Source: Candidatus Spongiisociaceae bacterium
GTDB lineage: Bacteria > Actinomycetota > Acidimicrobiia > Spongiisociales > Spongiisociaceae
Reading direction: 5' to 3'
Length of the DNA: 64,000 bases
NCBI GenBank assembly: GCA_965262915.1
Contig: OZ253564.1
Coordinates: 2,592,001-2,656,000, forward strand
This document shows, piece after piece, positions 18,203-26,288 of the stretch; positions within the stretch are counted from its first letter, which is position 1; each line of letters starts with the position of its first letter. A model generated the notes under the pieces. It was not told the origin of the DNA. It saw only the letters and a program-made list of their open reading frames with translations, and did not search any database. The position numbers and the translations under genes are program-made.

Positions 18203-19788
18203 TATAGCCCCTCTGAACTCCAGAGCCGGGTCTGCGGATGAAACTGGCTCCACGCGAACCAGAAAGCCTCATGAGCAGGAATCTCGGTGCCGTCGGGTCC
18301 CCATGCCCGGAGGCCGCCTCCGTCCTGCGTAACCGTTATGCCTTCCAACTCGACCGAGCCACCGGCCTCCAGGGTTGTGTGTGCCGTGGCCACATGGAAG
18401 GCGACGACGGTCGGCTGCGGTTCCCCGTCGAACAGCACCCCCAGTACCTTCGCCTGCACGGGCAGTCGCTCATCAAGATCCCCTATCGGGAAGATGGGCC
18501 CGTAGTCGTCCCGGTCCCCTAGTGGGTTCTCCGGGTAGGACCTGCCGATCCCGCCATCCATCGCCACTATGAGAGTGTGCGGGTTGGCCTCCGTCCACTC
18601 GCCCCAGCGGGAGGTCACCATGGTGGTCTGGGGCAACCGGACACCGGCTTCCCGAAGAGGTCCGCTCACCGCCTGGCCGGTGAAGGTATCGAACATGGAG
18701 CGGGTATGGAACTCGTACATCATCTTGTTGGAGCGCGACAGGAGCCCGGAGGTGCGCAGCTCGAATGTGTCGGCGCCGCCCAACAACCCGCGGACAGAGT
18801 CCGGCACGTCGTCGGTGAAGTACGCCTGGGCGGATCCGCACAGGGTGCAATAGGGGATGCCGAGCCGGCGGCCCCCGATCGTGATGTTCACCATCTCGTG
18901 GACTTCCATCATGTTTTTGGGAAAGGCGACCGCCTCCCCGTTGACGCTCACCGCGAACACGAAGCTGTCGTCCGGGTAATAGCCGCCTTCCGAAGCAGGT
19001 ACGAGCCGTGGATCGTTGAGCGCCGGAATGCAGCCCCGAGGGCATGGCAGGTGCACCGCGTCGAGCGGGCGATCATCGATGCGCACTCCGCCCCATGTGA
19101 CGTGGCGCCAGTCTATGAGCGAGTCCTCGTCGGCGAAGAACGGTAGCCAACCGGGCTCGACCAGCGTATACATTGCGCCCTTCCATTTGGCGAACCCGGG
19201 CGGGGCGGGCGTATCCCATTCCATGAGCTTGTTGCTGGCGTCTCGCCATGCCTCGGAACCGGGAGCGATCTCGACCACGGTGAGGTCGATGAAGGCAGAC
19301 CGGAGGCCCGATTCCTCTGGATGGAAGAATCGCATCAGATCCGCGATCACCCATGCCACTCGTAGGTCGCCGGACCGGCTGAGTCGCGTGATCGCCTCTG
19401 TGTCGAGCCCGGTTGTCAACGACTGCAACACCGCTTCCAGGTCGGCCGCCACTCCGGCCGGCGGAGATTCTTGAGGGGAGGGCGCCGCACCGTCCCCGCT
19501 CGCGTCGGCGTCGGGTGATGTGGCCGGGGCGGTGGTCTGCTCGGGGGGTTCATCGGGAGTGGTCTCGGTTGGCTCCGCAGCGGTCTGCTCTGTGGTGGCC
19601 GGCGTCGGGTCGCTTGCGTTCTCGCCGACTGGCATCTCCGTGTCGACCGACGATGGGTCATCTGTATCCCGCGGGCCGGCGGAGATCGCTACAACGACAG
19701 CCGCGGCCGCCGCGGTAAGGATCAAGCCGACGATCAGGACCCTGCGGCGATAGGCCGGGTCGCGGCTCTCTTCAGAGGGGTCGGTCAT
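18202..19788 (-). CDS. DUF3179 domain-containing membrane-anchored protein
   Basis: WGGV..D..IPAL, HEMVN, YCTLCGS, TSGLL..SN..MY, FWFAW; N-terminal TM segment and low-complexity linker. Confidence 0.85.
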   Translation of the reverse strand: MTDPSEESRDPAYRRRVLIVGLILTAAAAAVVVAISAGPRDTDDPSSVDTEMPVGENASDPTPATTEQTAAEPTETTPDEPPEQTTAPATSPDADASGDGAAPSPQESPPAGVAADLEAVLQSLTTGLDTEAITRLSRSGDLRVAWVIADLMRFFHPEESGLRSAFIDLTVVEIAPGSEAWRDASNKLMEWDTPAPPGFAKWKGAMYTLVEPGWLPFFADEDSLIDWRHVTWGGVRIDDRPLDAVHLPCPRGCIPALNDPRLVPASEGGYYPDDSFVFAVSVNGEAVAFPKNMMEVHEMVNITIGGRRLGIPYCTLCGSAQAYFTDDVPDSVRGLLGGADTFELRTSGLLSRSNKMMYEFHTRSMFDTFTGQAVSGPLREAGVRLPQTTMVTSRWGEWTEANPHTLIVAMDGGIGRSYPENPLGDRDDYGPIFPIGDLDERLPVQAKVLGVLFDGEPQPTVVAFHVATAHTTLEAGGSVELEGITVTQDGGGLRAWGPDGTEIPAHEAFWFAWSQFHPQTRLWSSEGL

Positions 19789-19835
19789 GCGGTGCTTCGC
19801 CGACTGACCACCAGGCGTCGGCTGCGATCATGGGG

Positions 19836-20075
19836 TCAGCGGCCGAGCAGTATGGCGAGGCTGATCGTCGTGAGCCCGAAGAGCACCGCCACGATCACAG
19901 TGATCCGGTCGAGATTGCGCTCGGCCAGGGTGGATCCGCCCATCCCGCCGGCCTGCATACCCCCACCGAACATGTCTCCCAGCCCACCCTTGCCCGAGTG
20001 CAGCAGGATGAGGAAGATCAGGGCGACGGCCATGATCAGATGGACGATGGTGAGGATTGCGGTAGCGATGGTCAT
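19836..20075 (-). CDS. secG: Preprotein translocase subunit SecG
   Basis: LILLHSGKGGLGDMFGGG, ERNLDRIT; conserved position after tpiA. Confidence 0.95.
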   Translation of the reverse strand: MTIATAILTIVHLIMAVALIFLILLHSGKGGLGDMFGGGMQAGGMGGSTLAERNLDRITVIVAVLFGLTTISLAILLGR

Positions 20076-20107
20076 GGAGTAGTCCCTAGTTTGGTAGTTT
20101 GTAGTTG

Positions 20108-20461
20108 CTAGCAACTAAGCGGTCGCTTGAGGCCGGTCAGCATCCTACCAACCTCGTCGGCGCAGACCAGGACATCGTTAATCTGCTCGTCCTCGGCCAT
20201 TCCCAGGCGGACCGCCAAGATCAGAAAGGTTTCCGTCTCTGCAAGCGATCCGCTCGCAATTCCTAGAAACTGCAGGAACTCTCTGGTGCCTCGGCGCGCC
20301 GCTCCCTCAGCGATGTTCGCCGCGATCGCGCAGGCAGACCGCCGCACTTGCCCCCTCATGCCGTATTTTTCCGAAGGCGGGAACTCGGCCGAGAGCCGAT
20401 AGACCATCTCGGCCAGCTCGAGCGACTTCCGCCAAACTTCCAAATCCTGATAACTACCCAT
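20108..20461 (-). CDS. Four-helix-bundle protein (23S rRNA-IVP / Avd-like family)
   Basis: YQDLEVWRKS, FPPSEKYGMRGQVRRSA.AI.ANIAEG, EFLQFLGIASGSLAETET. Confidence 0.93.
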   Translation of the reverse strand: MGSYQDLEVWRKSLELAEMVYRLSAEFPPSEKYGMRGQVRRSACAIAANIAEGAARRGTREFLQFLGIASGSLAETETFLILAVRLGMAEDEQINDVLVCADEVGRMLTGLKRPLSC

Positions 20462-20496
20462 GACTAAAACTCTAGTCCCTATAAGATATTAAATAC

Positions 20497-20556
20497 TGCT
20501 AACTAGCAACTAGCAACTAGCAACTAGCACCTGACACCTGACACCTGGCCACTAGC
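20497..20556 (-). repeat. Heptamer tandem array (CAACTAG/CACCTGA on +) between gpmA and the four-helix-bundle gene
   Basis: ctaactag-caactag-caactag-caactag-cacctga-cacctga-cacctgg-ccactag. Confidence 0.88.
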
Positions 20557-21292
20557 CCGCCTGAGCGGCTACCGCCGCAGCAGCCGCCTCCGCTGCGGCC
20601 TGGTCGCCCAGGTAGCGGTCGGACACGTAGCGGAATTCGGAGTCCAGTTCCACGACCAGAGGGATGCCGGTCGGGATGTTGAGCCGGGTGATGTCCTCTT
20701 CGCTGATCCGCTTCAGGTACTTGAGGAGAGCGCGGATGCTGTTGCCATGGGCCACCACCAGGATGCGCAACCCGGCTCGCAGGTCGGGAACGATTCCCTG
20801 CTCCCAATAGGGCACCGCACGCGTCACGACATCCGCAAGGCATTCGCTCGCCGGTAGCTGATCGGCTGACACCGACGCGTACCGGGCATCGAAGCGGGGA
20901 TGGTGCGGATCCTCCCGGTCGAGCGGCGGAGGCGGGATGGAGTAACTCCTCCGCCACCGGAACACCTGCTCCGCACCGTGGATGGCGGCGGTCTCCTTCT
21001 TGTCCAAGCCCTGCAGCGCCCCGTAGTGCCGCTCGTTGATGCGCCAACTCCGGCGTACCGGTATCCAGTGCAGGTCCATGCGGTCCAAGGTGATGTTGGC
21101 GGTGCCGATTGCCCGCCTGAGCACCGAGGTGTGCACGACGTCGAAGGACATGTCCTCGGACGCCATCAGATCGGCGGCCGTCCTGGCCTCGCCCGCCCCG
21201 GCCTCGGTCAGCGGCACGTCTGTCCATCCCGTGAAACGGTTCTCGAGGTTCCAGATACTCTGGCCGTGACGCACCATCACCAGCCTGCTCAA
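20552..21292 (-). CDS. gpmA: 2,3-bisphosphoglycerate-dependent phosphoglycerate mutase
   Basis: RHGQS.WNLENRFTGW.DV, NERHYGALQG, AHGNSIRAL, NIPTGIP. Confidence 0.96.
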   Translation of the reverse strand: MSRLVMVRHGQSIWNLENRFTGWTDVPLTEAGAGEARTAADLMASEDMSFDVVHTSVLRRAIGTANITLDRMDLHWIPVRRSWRINERHYGALQGLDKKETAAIHGAEQVFRWRRSYSIPPPPLDREDPHHPRFDARYASVSADQLPASECLADVVTRAVPYWEQGIVPDLRAGLRILVVAHGNSIRALLKYLKRISEEDITRLNIPTGIPLVVELDSEFRYVSDRYLGDQAAAEAAAAAVAAQAG

Positions 21293-21323
21293 GCGTTCAC
21301 TCCTTCCAGGTGTCGACAGGAGT

Positions 21324-22100
21324 CTATTTCCAGTAACGAACGCAAGCCGCGAACGTGTCCGGATCGAGCGAGGCCCCTCCGATCAGGCCCCCGTCGATGT
21401 CCCGCTTCGCCAGCAGTGCGGCCACGTTACCCGGGTTGATCGACCCCCCATAGAGGATGCGGACGCGGTCGGCGGCGGGGCCATGGCGCGCCCGGATCTG
21501 TTCCCGTATGCCGGCGATGGTCTCCTGCGCATCAGCCGGAGCGGCGTGGCGGCCCGTCCCGATGGCCCACACCGGTTCGTAGGCGATCACCAGCGCTGCC
21601 ACAGCGTCGGAAGGGATCCGGGCCAGGGAACCGGCCACCTGCCGGCGCAGGACCTGCCGGGTGTCCCCTGCCTCCCGCTCGTCGAGGGTCTCCCCCACGG
21701 CCACGATGGGCGTGACCCCGGCCGCCAGCGCGGCCTTGGCCTTCCGGTTGACGACCCGGTCGTCCTCCCCGAAGTAGCGGCGGCGTTCCGAATGGCCGAC
21801 TATCGCGTACGACGCCGACAGCTTGGCGAGCATTCGGGCCGATATCTCCCCGGTGTAGGCGCCTCGTTCTGCCCAGTGCAGGTTCTGGGCGACGATCCTG
21901 ATCCGCAGGTCATCCATCTGGATCACCGTCTGGACCGAGCGCAGCGAGGTGAACGGAGGCGCCACGCCCACATCCACCCGGTCGTAGTCAGCCGGGTCCA
22001 GCCGGTAGCTGAGCTTCTGGATCCGCTGGATGGCCTCCAGATGGGAGCCGTGCATCTTCCAGTTGCCGACCATCAGAGGCTTGCGCTTCACAGTGCCCAT
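21324..22100 (-). CDS. tpiA: Triosephosphate isomerase
   Basis: GNWKM, GHSERR, AYEPVWAIGTG, YGGS, GGASL. Confidence 0.97.
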   Translation of the reverse strand: MGTVKRKPLMVGNWKMHGSHLEAIQRIQKLSYRLDPADYDRVDVGVAPPFTSLRSVQTVIQMDDLRIRIVAQNLHWAERGAYTGEISARMLAKLSASYAIVGHSERRRYFGEDDRVVNRKAKAALAAGVTPIVAVGETLDEREAGDTRQVLRRQVAGSLARIPSDAVAALVIAYEPVWAIGTGRHAAPADAQETIAGIREQIRARHGPAADRVRILYGGSINPGNVAALLAKRDIDGGLIGGASLDPDTFAACVRYWK

Positions 22101-23272
22101 CTCCCCAGAGCCTCTACTCCCGGCAGGGTCCGGCCCTCCAGCAGCTCGAGACCAGCGCCGCCCCCGGTGGACAGGTGGGTGAGGTCGCCTTCTCTACTCA
22201 GCAGCCGTAGCGCGGCCACCGAGTCACCCCCTCCCGCCACGATGAAAGCGTCCGAGGTGGCCACGGCAGCCGCCACCGAGGCGGTCCCGGAGCGGAAGGA
22301 CTCCCATTCGAACACACCCATCGGACCGTTCCAGAACACCGCCTTCGACCCGGCGATCACGTTACCGAACAGCTCAGCGGTGCGAGGGCCTATGTCCAGT
22401 CCTGCCAGGTCGTTCTCCATGGCCGTCACATCCAGGATGGTGGCGGGGGCATCCGGCGCGAAGCGGTCGGCCACCACCACATCGACCGGCAGCAAGATCC
22501 GGTCGCCCGCCTCACCCCGCAGCATCTCACCCAGAGGATCGAGGAAATCCGGCTCGACCAGGGAGTTCCCCACTTCGTATCCCTCGGCTGCCAGGAGGCT
22601 GAAGCACATACCACCCCCGACCAGCATCGCATCCACCCGCGGTAGGAGAGCCCGGATGAGCGGCAGCTTGTCCGATATCTTGGCTCCGCCCAGCAGCACC
22701 GTGAAAGGTCGGGGCGGGTCGTCCATCAGGACCCTGAACGCCTCCAACTCGCGGACCAGCAGGGGTCCGGCCGCCGACCTCAGGTGGGTGGCCACCCCGG
22801 TGGTCGAGGCATGGGCGCGGTGGGCGGATCCGAAGGCGTCGAGTACGAACACGTCTCCCCAACGAGCCAGCGACGTTGCGTATCCAGGGTCGTTGGTGGT
22901 CTCGCCCGGATGGAACCGGGTGTTCTCCAACACGATCACTTCTCCGGGAAGGGCGGACTCGACCAGGCGGCCGACGTCCGGTCCGACCGTGTCGCGGGCG
23001 GCGGTAACCGGGAAACCACCGATCTCCGCCAGAGCGGCGGCCACCGGCGCCATGCGGAGGTCTTCGTCGACCCGTCCTCCCGGGCGTCCCAGATGGCTGC
23101 AAACGACGACGACCGCGCCCGAGTTCCGCAGGAGTTCTACGGTCGGGAGGGTGGCTCGCAGGCGGAAGTCGTCGGCCACCGCCCGCTCGGCGAGGGGCAC
23201 GTTCAGGTCGGACCGCAGCAGCACCCGGAGGCCTTCCAGTTCCATGTCGGCCAGGGTCAGGAACGGTTGCAT
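22088..23272 (-). CDS. pgk: Phosphoglycerate kinase
   Basis: DLNVP, SHLGRP, LENTRF, DAFGSAHRAHAS, WNGPMGVFE, HLSTGGGA. Confidence 0.97.
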   Translation of the reverse strand: MQPFLTLADMELEGLRVLLRSDLNVPLAERAVADDFRLRATLPTVELLRNSGAVVVVCSHLGRPGGRVDEDLRMAPVAAALAEIGGFPVTAARDTVGPDVGRLVESALPGEVIVLENTRFHPGETTNDPGYATSLARWGDVFVLDAFGSAHRAHASTTGVATHLRSAAGPLLVRELEAFRVLMDDPPRPFTVLLGGAKISDKLPLIRALLPRVDAMLVGGGMCFSLLAAEGYEVGNSLVEPDFLDPLGEMLRGEAGDRILLPVDVVVADRFAPDAPATILDVTAMENDLAGLDIGPRTAELFGNVIAGSKAVFWNGPMGVFEWESFRSGTASVAAAVATSDAFIVAGGGDSVAALRLLSREGDLTHLSTGGGAGLELLEGRTLPGVEALGRWAL

Positions 23273-23306
23273 GCGCGCTCCCCGTCCGTCGGGAGCCGGA
23301 AAACCC

Positions 23307-24200
23307 TCACCCGTCCACATCCCGGTGCCGGACCGTAGCGTGGTATCCCTGCCCGGCCAGCCAGCTTCCCAGCTCTTCGGCCATGGCAACCGATCGATGG
23401 CGCCCACCCGTACATCCGATACCGATGCTCACGTAGGACTTGCCCTCCTCCCGGTAGCGGGGAACCAGGAATGAAAGCAGGTCGCGCACCCGGTCGAGGA
23501 AACCCTCGGCGTCTTCGTGGGTGAGCACGTGGCGGCGGACCGGCTCGTCCCGGCCTGTCAGCGGGCGCAGATCGGGGATCCAATGCGGGTTGGGCAGGAA
23601 TCGTACGTCGAACATCAGGTCGACGTCCCGGGGGGTACCGTTCTTGAACCCGAACGACATCACCGCCAGGCGCATCGGATGCAGATCGACCAGGGCGGAT
23701 AGGTGGTGGGCGAACCAGCTGCGCAGTTGGTGGACATTGGTCTCGCTCGTGTTCACGTACATGTCTGCCCGCAGGCGCAGGTCGGCCATCATCTCCCGCT
23801 CGACGCTTATGGATTCGGCAAGGGTTTCCAGGCCGAGGGGATGCGGCCTCCGGTGTTCCTCGTAGCGACGGATCAGGGCATCGTCGTCGGCGTCGAGGAA
23901 CACGAGGGTCACTTGGATGCTGGCCTGCTCGAGTTCCTGGATGTGGGTCTCGAGTTCGGATAGAGGGAATCCTCCCCGGCTGTCCAGTACGACTGCCAGG
24001 TGGCGGCTGCCGGCCCGCAGATCGTTGAGGTCGACCGCCCGGCGCAGCAGTTCCGGCGGGAGGTTGTCGATCACGTAGAAGTCGAGATCCTCGAGGACCT
24101 TGGCCCCGGTCGATCGCCCGGCGCCCGACAGACCGGTCAGCACCAGCAACCGGGGGCCGTCTCCGGTGGATGGTCCCGCCGGGGTTTCAGGCTGTGCCAT
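23307..24200 (-). CDS. rapZ: RNase adapter RapZ (YvcJ P-loop protein)
   Basis: TGLSGAGRS, DNLP, RRPHPL, SFGFKNG, DVRFLPNPHW, GCTGGRHRSV. Confidence 0.96.
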   Translation of the reverse strand: MAQPETPAGPSTGDGPRLLVLTGLSGAGRSTGAKVLEDLDFYVIDNLPPELLRRAVDLNDLRAGSRHLAVVLDSRGGFPLSELETHIQELEQASIQVTLVFLDADDDALIRRYEEHRRPHPLGLETLAESISVEREMMADLRLRADMYVNTSETNVHQLRSWFAHHLSALVDLHPMRLAVMSFGFKNGTPRDVDLMFDVRFLPNPHWIPDLRPLTGRDEPVRRHVLTHEDAEGFLDRVRDLLSFLVPRYREEGKSYVSIGIGCTGGRHRSVAMAEELGSWLAGQGYHATVRHRDVDG

Positions 24201-26019
24201 GCAACGTAGCGTAGAGGTTCTCGGCCACCTTGAGCGGTACCACCCGGGCCAGGCGCTCCACGTCGGCGTTCCGGAGTTGCTTGACCGATCCGAACTCGCG
24301 GATGAGGGCCTTCTTGCGGGCCGGACCTATGCCGTACACGTCATCGAGGATCGAGTCGATCATCCGCTTCCCGCGGAGTTGCCGGTGGTACATGAGAGCG
24401 AATCGGTGCGCCTCGTCACGGACCCGCTGGAGGAGGTGCAGTGCCGGTTGGTCCCGCGGGATCACGATGGGCTCCGGCTGTCCGGGTACGTAGACCTCCT
24501 CCATTCGTTTGGCCAGACCGGCTACCGGGACGTCGAGGTCGAACCGGTCGAGAACCTCAACCGCCCTTCCGATCTGTCCCGGCCCGCCGTCGATAAGCAC
24601 CAACGAGGGGGGATAGGCGAACTTCCCTCGCTCGGAGACGGGCTTCTCCAGGTCCTGCAGGTAGGCACTGAAGCGACGCCTGATCACCTCTTCGATGGAG
24701 GCGAAGTCGTCCTGACCCTGCACCGTGCGGATCCGGAACCGCCGGTAGTGGCTCCTGCGTGGGAGTCCGTCCTCCAGCACCACCATCGCTCCGACCGTGT
24801 GGCGCCCTTGGATGGTGGATATGTCGTAGGCCTCGATTCGCAACGGCGGCTCCGGCAGGGCCAGCACCGTCTGGAGGCTTCGCAGGTCCTTCGCCCGGGC
24901 GTTGTGGTCGGTTTGGCGACGGAGGCGGTGGCGTAGGAAGGCTTCGGCGGCGTTGGTCTTGGCGGTCTGCATGAGCCGGCGCTTGGCCCCCCGCTTGGGC
25001 ACCCGCAGCGTCACCCGGGATCCGCGCCGCCTCGACAGCATGTCCGCCCAGGGCTCATCTTCGGGGGGCAGCGCTTCCATTAGGATCCGGCGGGGCGGCG
25101 GTGAGGCCTCGTCGTAAAGGTCCCGCAGGACGGTGGCCATGATCTGTGCCGGGGTGACATCCTCCACCTTGTCGATGATCGATCCGTACCGTCCCACGAT
25201 CCGGCCGTTCCGTACCTTCAGCACCTGTACCGAGCACTCGAGGTCGTCGCTCTCGGTGGCCATCAGGTCGAAGTCCTCCGCACGGTCGGTTACCACCTCC
25301 TGGCGAGCGACAGCCCGGCGCACGTCGCGTATCTGGTCCCTGATCCGGGCGGCCCGCTCGTACTCCAGCATCTCCGAAGAGTCCAGCATCCGCCGATCGA
25401 GCCGCGCCACGAATTCCTCGGCGCTTCCGGTCAGAACCTGAGCCAGGCCGTCCACGTACTCGGCGTACGTATCTTGGTCGACGTATCCGACGCAAGGCGC
25501 CGAGCAACGATCGATCTCGTACTCGATGCACGGGCGTTCCTTCAGTTGGTGGCGGCGGAAGACGGTGTCGGAGCAGGTACGGACGGGGAGGGACTTGAGG
25601 AGCAGATCGAGGGTGTTGCGTATGGCGTATGCGTGGGCGAAGGGCCCGAAGTACTGGGTGCCCTTCTTCTTGGAACCCCGCACGACGCGGGCGCGGGGCC
25701 ACTGGTCGGAGCGGGTGATGGCCAGGTACGGGTAGCTCTTGTCGTCCCGCAGCCGGATGTTGAAGCGGGGCAGGTGCTCCTTGATCAGCGAATACTCGAG
25801 GAACAGGGCCGCTACCTCGCTGTCCACCACGATCCACTCCACCCGGTCCGAGGCCTCGATCATCGCCCGGGTCCGGGGGGCGAGGTCCCTCGTGAAGTAG
25901 GACGCCACCCGCTTGCGCAGCGACTTCGCCTTGCCCACGTAGGTCACCTGACCGTGGGCGTTCCGGAACAGGTATGCGCCAGGCGCGTCGGGTATCTCGG
26001 CGGACTGGGGTCGCTTCAC
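24187..26019 (-). CDS. uvrC: Excinuclease ABC subunit C
   Basis: GIY-YIG YVGKAKSLRKRV.SYF, DDKSYPY, RIEAYDIS, LIDGG.GQ, RDEAHRFA, HhH GIGP. Confidence 0.97.
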   Translation of the reverse strand: MKRPQSAEIPDAPGAYLFRNAHGQVTYVGKAKSLRKRVASYFTRDLAPRTRAMIEASDRVEWIVVDSEVAALFLEYSLIKEHLPRFNIRLRDDKSYPYLAITRSDQWPRARVVRGSKKKGTQYFGPFAHAYAIRNTLDLLLKSLPVRTCSDTVFRRHQLKERPCIEYEIDRCSAPCVGYVDQDTYAEYVDGLAQVLTGSAEEFVARLDRRMLDSSEMLEYERAARIRDQIRDVRRAVARQEVVTDRAEDFDLMATESDDLECSVQVLKVRNGRIVGRYGSIIDKVEDVTPAQIMATVLRDLYDEASPPPRRILMEALPPEDEPWADMLSRRRGSRVTLRVPKRGAKRRLMQTAKTNAAEAFLRHRLRRQTDHNARAKDLRSLQTVLALPEPPLRIEAYDISTIQGRHTVGAMVVLEDGLPRRSHYRRFRIRTVQGQDDFASIEEVIRRRFSAYLQDLEKPVSERGKFAYPPSLVLIDGGPGQIGRAVEVLDRFDLDVPVAGLAKRMEEVYVPGQPEPIVIPRDQPALHLLQRVRDEAHRFALMYHRQLRGKRMIDSILDDVYGIGPARKKALIREFGSVKQLRNADVERLARVVPLKVAENLYATLHGTA

Positions 26020-26087
26020 AGGATGGCTCCTCGGGTCCGAGGCTACCCGGTTCCGGTTGCGGGTCGGGTCACGGCCGAATGGCGTGG

Positions 26088-26129
26088 GGCCGGCGCATAC
26101 CACACCGCCATTTCACAGACAGACCACTA
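26088..26129. repeat. Right-end fragment of the 167-bp MITE family A
   Basis: GCCGGCGCATACCAC...TCACAGACAGACCACTA matches the right ends of the copies at 41856-42022 and 56995-57161. Confidence 0.75.
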
Positions 26130-26130
26130 A

Positions 26131-26274
26131 GAGGGCTAGCGGATAGGTGCTCACCTGGGGAGACACGGGCTGCGACATTTCAAGAGCCGCCCGCGATGAC
26201 CTGGGGTTTCCCGACCAGCAGCCGCCTCGGAATGACTACACGGGCGAGCGCGCTCCGCCTATCCGCTAGCCCTC
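26131..26274. mobile_element. 144-bp MITE, family C, with 17-bp perfect TIRs and a TAA target duplication
   Basis: GAGGGCTAGCGGATAGG (26131-26147) and CCTATCCGCTAGCCCTC (26258-26274); TAA at 26128-26130 and 26275-26277. Confidence 0.8.
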
Positions 26275-26288
26275 TAACTCCGGATGGG

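Noticed and set aside
20108-20461. Diversity-generating retroelement suggested by the Avd-like gene
   Set aside because: No reverse transcriptase and no TR/VR pair differing at adenines; the dispersed repeats differ at mixed bases and have TIRs.
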